Source: Eledone cirrhosa (Eukaryota). Taken from it: DNA of 64,000 bases. The translations under genes and the position numbers were made by a program. A model generated the notes under the pieces. That model was not told the origin of the DNA. It saw nothing but the letters and a program-made list of their open reading frames with translations, and did not search any database. Position 1 is the first letter of the stretch, and the number at the start of each line of letters is the position of its first letter. Shown here in pieces: positions 12,033 to 23,113 of the stretch. The stretch is from positions 283,216,001-283,280,000 of the forward strand of contig OZ024741.1 of NCBI GenBank assembly GCA_964016885.1, read 5' to 3'.

Positions 12033-14414
12033 CCCCATCTCCACGATTTTGCATCTTCACTGCAGGGGTGTAAGATTTTTTCTAAGCTAGATTTAGTGCG
12101 AGCCTACCACCAAATTCCGGTCAGGAAGGAGGATATTCCGAAAACTGCAATTACAACCCCTTTCGGATCATTCGAATTTTTGACCATGCCTTTCGGACTC
12201 AGGAACGCCGCTAGCACTTTTCAGCGGTTCATAGACGAGGTCACGCGTGGTCTGGACTTCGTCTATGCTTACATAGACGATATTCTCGTCGCTAGTTCCT
12301 CTCCGGAAGAGCATATGCGCCACATGCTTCTCTTACTTCGGCGACTTCAGGATTACCGCGTTCGCGTGAATCCTGCAAAGTGTGTTTTCGGTTCCACTTC
12401 CCTACATTTTTTAGGCCACCTCATCGACGCCGAAGGTATTAGGCCGCTCCCTGAGCGAGTTCAAGCCATACAGGATTTACCTCCGCCTACTACACTTCAC
12501 CAGTTGCGTCACTTCTTAGGCCTAATCAATTTCTATAGGCGTTTCATTCCTCATTGTGCTAATTGGCTATCTTCCCTTACTGACATTTTAAAAAAACGTC
12601 GTAAGAAGAATGAAGACATTTCCTTGACACAAGGACAGCTTCAGGACTTCCAGTCTGCCAAGACAGCCCTCGCTAGTTCTTCTTTGCTAGCCCACCCGGT
12701 ACCAGAGGCCAAGCTTTCGCTTTGTGTTGATGCATCTGATACCGCTGTGGGAGCAGTTTTACAGCAGTCTTACGCTGAAAGCCAACAACCTTTGGCATTT
12801 TTCTCGAGGGAGTTGAAACCAGCAGAAACGCGTTATAGCACGTTTGGGCGGGAATTATTAGCCATATATCTGTCGGTGAAACATTTCTCTCATATCCTTG
12901 AGGGGAGAAATTTTACGGTTTTTACCGACCACAAACCGTTGACCTTTGCTTTGAGGGCCAAAGCCAACAGATATTCGCCCAGAGAGACAAGGCACCTGGA
13001 CTACGTTTCACAATTTACAAACGATATCCAGCACATTGCCGGCTCGCACAACATAGTTGCAGACGCATTATCTCGTTTGCCAATTAGCTCCATCTCGTCA
13101 TCCCAGGACATCGATTTAGGTCGTTTAGCTGCAGACCAACCTGCACTCCAATCGTTGGACACTCTTTCTACCGAATTTGCGACTTGCATTTTCAAATATC
13201 TGCCCTTGTCCACCACCGACAGGCAGATCCTTTGTGATGTATCCACTGATGCACCACGACCACTTGTTCCTGAGACTCACCGTCGAATTGTGTTCCTGGC
13301 TCTGCACAACATTTCTCATCCAGGATCTGCTGCCACAGTTAAACTTATAACAGCCAGATTCTTCTGGCCTAATATGAGGCGAGACATTGCTGTTTTTTGC
13401 CGTTCCTGTATCGCTTGCCAGAAATCGAAGATCCATAGACACATCTGGACTCCACTTGGTACTTTCACCACTCCAGATGCCCGGTTTCAACACATCCACA
13501 TTGACATCGTTGGACCTTGGCCATTCAGCAGTGGATATTCATACATATTGACGTGTGTCGATCGTTTTTCGAGATGGCCTGAAGCCATCCCTTTACAAGA
13601 CATGACTGCTGAGACTGTAGCACGTGCCCTGGTATCAGGGTGGATTACCCGCTTTGGGGTACCAACTACACTCACCACAGACCGCGGTAGACAATTCGAG
13701 TCCCATCTCTTCTCTGAGCTCACAAAAATAATTGGAGCTCAACGGATTCGGACCACAGCCTATCATCCTGCTTCAAATGGAATGGTGGAACGATTCCACC
13801 GCCAATTAAAGGCCGCTCTTCGCGCCTATCCAGACTCTCAACGTTGGAGCGAGTACCTTCCTATTGTGTTATTAGGAATTCGGTCATCAATAAAGGAGGA
13901 CCTTGGGTTCTCCCCGGCCGAATTAATTTACGGTGCTCCTCTAGCGTTGCCTGGGCAAATGCTTGCCCCTGTTGATCTTGCTTTCCAAGATCCGCTTTCC
14001 TACGTATCCCGTCTGCGTTCTTATTTACAGGACCTGCCGCCGATGGATACGAGGAAGCAAACTGTAAAACATGCGGTCCCGAGGGACATTGCCTCGTGGA
14101 CCCATGTGTTCGTAAGGAACGATGCTGTGAGACCACCCCTCACACAACCATACTCTGGACCCTACCGTGTGTTAGAACGCACTGACAAACATTTCACTGT
14201 AGAGGTTAAGGGGTCCAGAGAGACAATTTCGGTGGATAGACTGAAAAGGGCACACAATGACGCTCGTACACCCGAGCCACAAATACCCCAATCTTTCACC
14301 ATTGTGCATACACCTGCTCCTTCTGCCCCACCTTCACCTACATACAAGACTACGACCCGTTCCGGTCGGAGAGTCCACTGGCCCAAAAAGTTCTGCCAAA
14401 CTATTTTTATATGA
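12033..14414 (+). CDS. pol: 5'-truncated Gypsy pol (RT-RNase H-integrase), frame otherwise open; gag, protease and start codon absent
   Basis: [24 protein letters not shown]; RNase H DAS/RELLA/TDHKPL; integrase HHCC, D-D-E (HIDIVG, TDRG, ERFHR), GPY and a C-terminal TRSGR typical of CsRn1-like elements. The frame extends upstream of the GTG at 12096 to the junction at 12033. Confidence 0.95.
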   Translation, partial: PHLHDFASSLQGCKIFSKLDLVRAYHQIPVRKEDIPKTAITTPFGSFEFLTMPFGLRNAASTFQRFIDEVTRGLDFVYAYIDDILVASSSPEEHMRHMLLLLRRLQDYRVRVNPAKCVFGSTSLHFLGHLIDAEGIRPLPERVQAIQDLPPPTTLHQLRHFLGLINFYRRFIPHCANWLSSLTDILKKRRKKNEDISLTQGQLQDFQSAKTALASSSLLAHPVPEAKLSLCVDASDTAVGAVLQQSYAESQQPLAFFSRELKPAETRYSTFGRELLAIYLSVKHFSHILEGRNFTVFTDHKPLTFALRAKANRYSPRETRHLDYVSQFTNDIQHIAGSHNIVADALSRLPISSISSSQDIDLGRLAADQPALQSLDTLSTEFATCIFKYLPLSTTDRQILCDVSTDAPRPLVPETHRRIVFLALHNISHPGSAATVKLITARFFWPNMRRDIAVFCRSCIACQKSKIHRHIWTPLGTFTTPDARFQHIHIDIVGPWPFSSGYSYILTCVDRFSRWPEAIPLQDMTAETVARALVSGWITRFGVPTTLTTDRGRQFESHLFSELTKIIGAQRIRTTAYHPASNGMVERFHRQLKAALRAYPDSQRWSEYLPIVLLGIRSSIKEDLGFSPAELIYGAPLALPGQMLAPVDLAFQDPLSYVSRLRSYLQDLPPMDTRKQTVKHAVPRDIASWTHVFVRNDAVRPPLTQPYSGPYRVLERTDKHFTVEVKGSRETISVDRLKRAHNDARTPEPQIPQSFTIVHTPAPSAPPSPTYKTTTRSGRRVHWPKKFCQTIFI

Positions 14415-14811
14415 ACTGGCCATTGGAGCCTTATATATATATATATATATATATATAGATTTTTTTTTTTTGCTGTTCTTATTTATTTGATTTATTGTAT
14501 TGCAATGTACCTCTCATGACCATTTCACTGGATGTATATATATGTTTTTCGTTTCCTTTACAATGAACATTTTAAGCTATATTCTTCTCTTTGCCGGTTT
14601 ATAAGTTTGCAATGTAAATTTACCGTTGATAACCGCGCATTTATTGGGAATGCTTATTTCTCTGGTCGCTGGCCTCTTGACCCTTCCAGGTCAACGCATT
14701 CTCAACATCGACCATCAACTTCGGCTGCTATTTCTAGCACTTTGCGCAACTCATTTTTTCTAAAAAAATTTTTTTTACTGTGAATTTAAACACCGAATAC
14801 GCTCACTCAGC

Positions 14812-15041
14812 GAGGCAGCAACAGCAATACAGCAACACAGCAGCAACAGCAATACAGCAGCAACAGCAACAGCAATACAGCAGCAACAGCAATGCAGCAG
14901 CAACAGCAATACAGCAGCAGCAGCAACAGCAATACAGCAGCAACAGCAATACAGCAGCAACAGCAATACAGCAGCAACAGCAATACAGCAGCAACAGCAA
15001 TGCAGCAGCAACAGCAATACAGCAGCAACAGCAACAGCAAC
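14812..15041. repeat. Compound (CAG/CAA/TAC) microsatellite in the Gypsy 3' UTR
   Basis: Repeated agcaacagcaatacagc units between the pol stop and the PPT. Confidence 0.9.
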
Positions 15042-15357
15042 CAAAGCCAGAGAATTTACTTTTGCAGCACTCTTCCTGTGAGAAAATCCATTCGGAGGTT
15101 GGAAATTCACGATATACCACAGAACAGAGACCACCTGCATTCATTCTCTGGAACACACTTTCTTTCCTGCGGTCATGTGATTGCACACCTGTGAACTATA
15201 TTTTGTACATTTGAACTTTGAGCCCTTCCCTTACTTTACTACCTTGATATCTATCATTGATTTTTCCAAACATTCTTTTGTCGTAATTTTCATGCCTGTT
15301 ACAACATTCTCGTCAACTTGCTACATATTTTCATTTCGATTTTTATACACTAAAATT

Positions 15358-15371
15358 CTGGCGGGAGGTTA
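15358..15371 (+). other. Polypurine tract of the Gypsy element
   Basis: ctggcgggaggtta lies immediately before TGTAGCG and parallels the PPT of the second LTR element (ctgggtagggaactaa). Confidence 0.75.
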
Positions 15372-15740
15372 TGTAGCGGTTGTCTCCCTTGTTTTGATTA
15401 GGATCTAGACGGGAAGTGGAACCCTTTCTGCAACTTCCGGTCAGAGCCCTATAAAACTAACAACTTTAAGCTTCCTCTATCTCTTTGCCTTTTCGGCACC
15501 AGGTCAAGAGCCTCACATTTGGCTCTGCCATTAATTTGGCCAACAGGCGCCTGGCCTTAGCCAGGCGTCCTCTGCCAGCCGCGTTTGCCTGGCAATCAAA
15601 ACGGTAACTACTAACTTTGCTTCATTCTAACATCTATTCCTATTGACATGTCAACTATAAAATCTACCGTTAATTAAATATTATACACACAAACCATGTC
15701 TCGTTTTGTTACATACATACAACCCAGTAACCTCGCTATA
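15372..15740 (+). repeat. LTR family 1 (369 bp); exact inverted copy at 16270-16638
   Basis: Starts TGTAGCG and ends CGCTATA (terminal inverted repeat); TATA-like ctataaaa at about 15449; preceded by the PPT and followed by a tRNA-Trp complement. Confidence 0.9.
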
Positions 15741-15741
15741 T

Positions 15742-15795
15742 TGGTAACCCTGACGTGATACGAACACGCAGCCGTTCATCACGTCGGGGTCACCA
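15742..15795. other. Head-to-head junction of two tRNA-Trp(CCA) 3'-end copies including CCA; also at 11968-12021 and 16215-16268
   Basis: TGGTAACCCTGACGTGAT-A-CGAACACGCAGCC (antisense to about tRNA nt 76-45) is joined to GTTC-ATCACGTCGGGGTCACCA. TGGTGACCCCGACGTGAT is the canonical tRNA-Trp PBS. Confidence 0.85.
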
Positions 15796-16981
15796 CTTTA
15801 GGAAATAGATATCGGTGCACATGCAACATAATATAAAAGACAAAGAGTACTGGTGAGTGTGAGTGATAAAGTTTTACTTCATAGAAGTCAAAGGTGTATA
15901 ATGTAAAGGGTTGTTACCCGATGGCAATAATACCATTCTGAAGTTGGTAGAAAATGTCTTGGCGCTCTAATCTCAAGCTGGTGAGCTGCATGGTGCTTGG
16001 TAACAAAAGGGTCGTCCAGCAAGGATCACCAGCTTGAGATTAGAGCGCCAAGACATTTTCTACCAACTTCAGAATGGTATTATTGCCATCGGGTAACAAC
16101 CCTTTACATTATACACCTTTGACTTCTATGAAGTAAAACTTTATCACTCACACTCACCAGTACTCTTTGTCTTTTATATTATGTTGCATGTGCACCGATA
16201 TCTATTTCCTAAAGTGGTGACCCCGACGTGATGAACGGCTGCGTGTTCGTATCACGTCAGGGTTACCAATATAGCGAGGTTACTGGGTTGTATGTATGTA
16301 ACAAAACGAGACATGGTTTGTGTGTATAATATTTAATTAACGGTAGATTTTATAGTTGACATGTCAATAGGAATAGATGTTAGAATGAAGCAAAGTTAGT
16401 AGTTACCGTTTTGATTGCCAGGCAAACGCGGCTGGCAGAGGACGCCTGGCTAAGGCCAGGCGCCTGTTGGCCAAATTAATGGCAGAGCCAAATGTGAGGC
16501 TCTTGACCTGGTGCCGAAAAGGCAAAGAGATAGAGGAAGCTTAAAGTTGTTAGTTTTATAGGGCTCTGACCGGAAGTTGCAGAAAGGGTTCCACTTCCCG
16601 TCTAGATCCTAATCAAAACAAGGGAGACAACCGCTACAGATGTTATCCAACCACCTTGCTCGGGGTCTACATCTGGGTTTCTTGCCAGTTAGTTTTGCCC
16701 ATAATATCTGTCCAACGATTCTTTTCTGAGACATTCTAGCTACATGCCCATAGTATCAGAGCCGTGCTCTCTCAATTCAGAGAAGTAGCAGCTCTACCTG
16801 GAGTGACTCTCTGGTCCCTGAGCTATGCACTTTATCGAGTCATGTTACTCCAAAGACCCTTCGGAGGAATCCCATTTCAGCCGCTTGTATTTGCAGTCGT
16901 ATTCTTTCAGTCATTACCCAAGATTCATGACCATAGTAAATCTAGCTGGATGAACTTGGCTAGAAATACAATAATGAAAAG

Positions 16982-17222
16982 TTAACCTTTTCATTATTGT
17001 ATTTCTAATCAAATACACTGTGTTTCAATTAATTTTGAAAAGAATCAAGAATATGGGAGGAATTTAACAAAATAACTAACTTTTTGATTAGAAAACTGAT
17101 ACTTAGATCATTACTTAAGAAAAATGTTTTAAATGAAATTATAATGAACGGTTTTAATATAAGGATAAACATTTTAGAATGAGCAAGGCAGTTTCGGGTG
17201 GTTTTATTATGAAAAGGGTTAG
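16982..17222. mobile_element. piggyBac-like MITE relic
   Basis: TTAACCTTTT...AAAAGGGTTA termini; related copies at 36532-36971. Confidence 0.5.
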
Positions 17223-17826
17223 GGTGTCATTGTCATAGAAACAGCACAGCATGGATACTTCAGCAATTAGACCACTAGGAGTCTCTACATACATCAGTGT
17301 TGAGTTATCAAGGGAGCCTCTATGTGGCCACTCTTTGCTTGCCAAAAATAACAGCTAAATTCTTTCAAATGTCATACACTCTACCTTCTTAAAACAGGAA
17401 GAATACATTAATCAGTCTCCACAAATTCCAATTGAATCAAATAATAATTAATTATTTGACCATAGAATTAAAAAGATTAAAAAAGAGCAGCTGTACTAAG
17501 TTTCCTCCAAAGTGTCTTTGGAATAATGTGACTTGATAGAGTGTGTAGCTCGGAGATCAGAAAGTCACTCCAAATAGAGTCACTACTTGAGAGACCACAG
17601 CTCTGATACTATGGGCATGTGGTTAGAATGTCTCAGGAAATTTTATAGGCAATATCAGCCAGCAAGAGACCCAGAGGTAGATCCCAAACGTGATAGCTGG
17701 ATAACATCCATCAGCTTAAAAGCATTTTCATCATCCCATAATTGTCTTCTTTCTCTTCCTCCTTTTTATTGCACTCATTGTACTTAACAGATTATGTACT
17801 CGGTAACTTCAGTCCTTTTCCCAATG

Positions 17827-18153
17827 CAGTGTAACCTTGGTTTATGAACGCCTCACATCACAAATAAATTGGTTCACAAACAATTTTTCCAAACAGAAAA
17901 TGTCTCGACTCATGAATGGTATCTTGAGTAACGGACATGCAAGCTAGCAACAAGCTTAGAGTATCAGCAAGAAAGTATCACTTGCTATGTAATAAGTTAC
18001 TATGGTTATATCTATCTGTCTTTCACACAGCCTCTCTCTCTCTCTCTCTCTCTCTGTATTCCTCTCTCAACATTTCAAAATAGTTTGGGTTTACAAACAT
18101 TTTGGGTGATGAACAGTCTTCAGGAACGAATAAGTTCATGAACCGAGGTTCCA
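17827..18153. mobile_element. Tigger/pogo-like MITE relic
   Basis: Terminal inverted repeats cagtgtaaccttggtttatgaac and gttcatgaaccgaggttcca. Confidence 0.55.
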
Positions 18154-18720
18154 TCATCATCATCATCATCGTTTAAGATCCATTTTCCATGCTGACATGG
18201 GTAGGACAGGCTGTCCCTTTGAGAGATCAGGTCAGAGGGCTGTGTTTTGCTCACACAGAACTAATTTTGGTTTGGTTTCTATGACTGGATGCCCTTTCTC
18301 ATGCCAACCACATTTACAGTGTGTGCTGGGTGCTTTTTGTCATGACACCTACATAACCACTTTACAGTGTGGGCTGGGCACTTTTTGTCATGTCGCCAAC
18401 ACGACTACTTTACAGTGTGCACAGGGTGCTTTTTGCCGTGACACCTACACAACCACTTTACAGTGTGGATTGGGTGCTTTTTGTTGTGGCTCCAGGGGAA
18501 CCGTGGAGTTGGGTTGGGGAAGATGCCTGGGGAATTGGGGATGTAGATATAGGAGTGGGATGATTACAACAAGGGAGGTGTATGGGAGGGGTAATGGTAG
18601 AGAAGGTGGTGCCTACTAGATATATGCCTCAACTTGAGCATATGGAAGGATGGGTCTTCTGTAATACTGCATAGTGCCACAGATCATGGTCCTGTACATA
18701 ATTTTTCAATGTCTTTTTGT
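18154..18720 (-). mobile_element. RTE 3' end fragment with 48-bp tandem units
   Basis: (ATC)n tail, ggatgccct... motif and repeated actttacagtgtg...tgctttttgt units, as in the RTE 3' UTRs. Confidence 0.75.
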
Positions 18721-19010
18721 CAAACTTGTGAGTTATGGGACATAATCCAACATAGATATAGACTGACATGGACACATACACTCACACACATATACATATC
18801 TGTCTATACACATATATATATATATGTGTATGCATGTAAATGTGTGTGTGTGTGTATGCACACTCACACACACACACACACACTATGTACCAAGCTTGAA
18901 AAAATGAAAGTACTGGGATCCATATGAACATCTAAATTCTTTGAAGGTAGTGATTCAGCATGGCTGCAGTCTGACAACTGAAACTGTTCATAGATTAGCT
19001 GATCAGTTTA

Positions 19011-19540
19011 TATGAGTGTGCTTCAATAAGTTCGTAGAAAAAGGACAGTTAGTAAAAATGGTTTAAGTTATGATGTTTATTTTTCAACATATGCTCCATC
19101 TAGGTCAATACATTTCTGCAAGCATTGATACCAGTCCATCTGTGTAAAACCGAGGTCCATGCGATTTAAACCATGTCAAAGCAGCTTTTTTTACATCTTC
19201 AACCTCATCCCTTCCACTTCTAAAACGACTTATCCATTTGTAGGTTGTTGATTTCTTTGGGACATTGTCCCCATAAACTTGCTCCAGACCATCAATGATT
19301 TGGCTGCTCTTCCGCCCTAGCTTCACCATGAATTTGATGTTTTGATGGAGGTCATGTTGCTCGAGCAGGTGCTGACTTCCGACTTGCAGCGCCACGTTGC
19401 AACATTCATTTAAGGGTTCATGTTAGTACATGTTATGACACATTAGTACAAGAACGTACAGGTGCATTGAGATCAAAATCTTTGCATACGATTTTTAACT
19501 ATGAACTTTTTCCACAAATTTTTTGAAGCTCCCTCGAATA
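19011..19540 (-). mobile_element. Internally deleted mariner element
   Basis: Degenerate TIRs (tatgagtgtgcttcaataagttcgtagaaaa and ttttccacaaattttttgaagctccctcg); transposase HTH IKFMVKLG...VYGDNVPKKSTTYKWISRFRSGR fused to a C-terminal remnant. Confidence 0.85.
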
Positions 19541-19638
19541 CATATGGCTGACTGAATACACAGAAGCTTTTTCTCCCAAAAATGTGTTTCAATCGGCAAT
19601 GTATTTGTTTTGCAAGGTTTTTTATATGAAATCGTGTG

Positions 19639-20831
19639 TTGAAACAGATATTGTTATATTTGGGGAGGGTCTTGTTCTATTAATACCAGAAAAAAATAGT
19701 AAAACACATTCACTGTTTGTTTGTTTGTTTGTTTTTTGCTTCAGTATATTTTATATTTCTATAAATAATTTAGCTGGTAATCAATGTTTATCATTGATTG
19801 ACCAACAGTTAAAAATATAAATATAAATATAGTTTCTCAAAGTTCTTTTGTCACACATATATGTGACATCTTCAGTGTTTATCATGTTTTCATGTTTCCT
19901 CCCATTGTGTTCATATAATGTTTTTTATTTTATTTATTTATCTATTTATATTTTTGTCATCTCTGTTTGTACATGCGTTTGTGTGAGTGTATTCTATTTG
20001 GTGTGTGCTTGTGTGTTTGTGTCTGAATCTGTGTGTGTTTATGTTTTTGTGTGGGTGTTGTTATTGCATCTGTGTATATCTATTTATATTCTATCTTAGA
20101 TAACTATTGTGTGTTTGTGTATTGTTGTTATTCCATTCATGTTTCTGCTAGCCTAGGTTTTCTTAATTCTATTTCTGTAACCTCCCTAATTTGTCTAATT
20201 GTCGAGAAATTAAAATAATATCTAAACATAGGAATGACTCAACAATTAGACAAATTAGGGAGGTTACAGAAATAGAATTAAGTAAACCTAGGCTGAGCAG
20301 AAAACATGAATGGAATAACAACAACCAAACACAAGCACACACTAGTGATCTAAGATAGAATATAAATAAATATACACAGATGCAATAACAACACCCACAC
20401 ATAAACACAAACACACACTAGTGACCAAAGGTAGAAAATAAATACATAAACACACACAAACTCAGACACGAACACACGAGTACACATTAAACAGAATACA
20501 TGCACACAAACACATGTGCAAACAGAGACAACAAAAACAAATAAATAAATAAAAACATTATATAAACACAATGGGAGGAAACATGATAATCACTGAAGAT
20601 GTCTCAGATATGTGTGACAGAAGAACTTTGAGAAACAATACTTATATTTATATTTTTAACTATTGGTCAATTAATGATAAATATTGATTACCAGCTAAAT
20701 TATTTATAGAAATATAAAAATATACTGAAGCGAAAACCAAACCAAACCAAACAGTGAGTGTGTTTTGCCATATTTTTCTGGCAATATTAGAACAACATGA
20801 CCCTCCCCAAATATAACAATATTTGTTTCAA
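19639..20831. repeat. Large imperfect palindrome (arms about 19639-20206 and 20238-20831, loop about 31 nt); probable Penelope-like inverted relic
   Basis: Arms are recognisable reverse complements throughout; each holds a degenerate hammerhead-like motif (cactgaagatgtc...gtgacagaag at about 20591). Confidence 0.85.
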
Positions 20832-20894
20832 TCCCTTTTTCTTCTCACTCTCTATCTTTCTATTTCATCTTTTATTTCTCCTATATTCTGATGA

Positions 20895-21420
20895 AGGACT
20901 AATTAGCAGTGGTGGAATGTGCTCAGCGAGCATAATAGTTAGAATAAGGATAAGATAGAAGTTTAGAGAGCTACTCCCACTGTTAACCACAAAAGGCTTC
21001 TCCTCTCCTTACATACAAAAGAATGACTATATGATGCCTGTGATGCTGTGTGATGCTGCATGGTAGTGAAACATGGTCAGTGTCTGAAAAAGATATTTGT
21101 AGGCTGAAGAAAAATGAAGCAACCCTGCTTTGATGAATGTGCAATGTAAGTGTGAGAGAAAGGTAAGGTGGTGTGCAAGGGAGAAGACTGCATTGGTATG
21201 GGCATGTGATATGCATGGATGATGATTGCTGGATGAAGACAAGCCAGGAATTCCCAGTAGAAGGAAGCTGCAGTAGAGGAAGATAAAGAAAGGCCTGGGC
21301 AGAGGTTGTGAGAGCTTACCTCAAATCTCTGAGACTAACAGAGTAGATGATGAAGGAAAGTGGCAAATGGAGATATGCTGTGGAAAAATGGATGTTAAAA
21401 TGATGATGAGAAGGAGGAGG
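20895..21420 (+). mobile_element. Degraded RTE 3' fragment
   Basis: Homologous to the RTE segments encoding GGC...ARIR, LHGSETW and RLHWYGHV; ends in a tgatgatga tail. Confidence 0.75.
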
Positions 21421-22337
21421 ATTTCCTTCTTTGGAAATACATAGCCCCGTGGATGTAAAATCCCTGCTTTCTCACTGTTGTGTCTTTCTTATCAAGAAAC
21501 ATTATAACCCCATGAATTTAAAAGCCATACAAATAAAGGCTGTATATGTTTAAATACAGGTAGTGAATTGACATAGTCATTAGAACATTAGACAAAATGC
21601 CTTGTGGTTTTCTTTTTGCTCTCTGCAGCCTGAGTTCAAATCCTGCAGAGGTTAACTTTGCTTTTCATCCTTTGAAGTTTGATAGAAAAAGTACCAGTCT
21701 AGTATGGGGATTGATTCTTATCTTTTTTCACTTCATCTCTATCAGTCTTTCTCCTCTAGAAGAAATCAGCTGTGTTCAAACCTGGAGAGGGATGGTCTCT
21801 AGTAGGCTTAAAATTCCAACAATTCCATAGAGAGTTACAGGTTCATACATACATTTCTAAATACAAAATATAGGTAGCTCATTTGTATATATTCGACTAA
21901 TAACTGGTGTTTCCTTGGCTTCTTTAAGCTATGAGGCATAACTGAAAATCTCGAATGAATGGTGTTGCTTGCTCAGACAAGTTTGCAAAAATCCCAACAG
22001 CCCAATATTTCTGTGAGGATGCACAACTCCCTAGATTATATTATATACATATAATCTATTGTTTTAAACCTGAAATAGTTAATATTTGATTTCTTTAACA
22101 AAGCTATGTTTGTAGCTGGGTAAATATTAATATTAAAGTTTTAATTTTGTTGACTACCATTTTATTTTGTTTATATAGTTCCATCTCCCTACTATATCTA
22201 AGGAGGAGTTCATTTTGATTTCGGAAAATAATCCTGATATCATTGAGTGAGTAGAAGAATGATCATAATCACACAATCTATGATGCCCCAGGACATTATA
22301 GTGTCATCTGATTTCGAAAAAATATTACTTTACACAT

Positions 22338-22384
<47 letters not shown>

Positions 22385-22610
22385 TTAGAATGTCCCTGGA
22401 AAGATTCACAGGACAGATTTTACAGGCAAAACCAACTGACAGGAGACCCAGCTGGATCAGTTGGAGACGGTTGCTTCTGACAGGACCCGCTGGAAGGAGT
22501 GTTTGAGGTCTCTGGCCCAATGACCCTCTCAGGAAGAAGAAGAAGATATACACTTCATTTTCGTATTTGTTTAGCAAGATTCTTGAATGTGATGCCGTTT
22601 GTTGAAAAAG

Positions 22611-22995
22611 ATCTTTAGGAGTGTCATGCTGTCAATAAAAAAACACACCAGTTGAGTTTCACTTTGGTTTTATTATTATGTTAGGTGGATTGGTAGTATC
22701 GATAGAGCATTGGACAACATGCTTAGCAGCATATAGTTACAGCCATTTACATTCCGAGTTCAAATCCCACCAAAGTTAGCTTTGCCTTTCATCCTTACAG
22801 GGTTGATAAAATACCAGCAATGAACTAGGGCCGATTTAATCAACTTTCTCCTCCACTTCAAATTATTGGCCTTGTGCCTATATCACAAGCCATTGTTAGT
22901 CAGGTAATTAATCCATTCCTCAGTTAGTTTAGTAACCACATTGTTATTTAATTGTCAAAACTCTTTTGTCACACATTCTGTGACCTTCTCAAACA
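22611..22995. repeat. Dispersed repeat (second copy 27021-27236) interrupted by a SINE at about 22683-22890
   Basis: ctttaggagtgtca...ccagttgagtttcactt...ttagtcaggtaa...tgtgaccttctcaa is colinear in both copies once the SINE is removed. Confidence 0.7.
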
Positions 22996-23113
22996 TAATC
23001 ACACAAAAAAATTCATACACACAAAGAGACATAGCAACCAAGTATATAAATCACTGCCACGTATTTGCTTCCATAACATACAAAGTTCCCACACAGCGCT
23101 GTAGGTCAATCCT

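Larger units (their letters stand above)
11550..16638. mobile_element. Rearranged chimeric Gypsy (CsRn1-like) LTR retrotransposon insertion with target-site duplication
   Basis: TSD GATG at 11546-11549 and 16639-16642 (extendable to GATGTT). Contains pol, PPT, inverted LTRs, tRNA-Trp PBS copies and a 483-bp direct repeat (11550-12032, 15797-16279). Confidence 0.9.
11410..16935 (-). mobile_element. Old RTE-like 3' fragment split by the LTR insertion (11410-11549 and 16639-~16935)
   Basis: Joining the flanks restores ...KPRCRPRARWLDNIHELGW..., an RTE C-terminal GRPR-x-RW-type motif. Related 3' ends occur at about 22400-22545 and 63930-64000. Confidence 0.7.

Noticed and set aside
14775-15214. 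PolyQ, polyC and polyL ORFs
   Set aside because: Open in several frames only because of a stop-free microsatellite in the Gypsy 3' UTR.
15372-16638. DIRS-like element or DNA transposon with inverted termini
   Set aside because: The element encodes a DDE integrase, not a tyrosine recombinase or transposase; it has a PPT, PBS and TSD; and the inverted repeats do not bound the whole insert.
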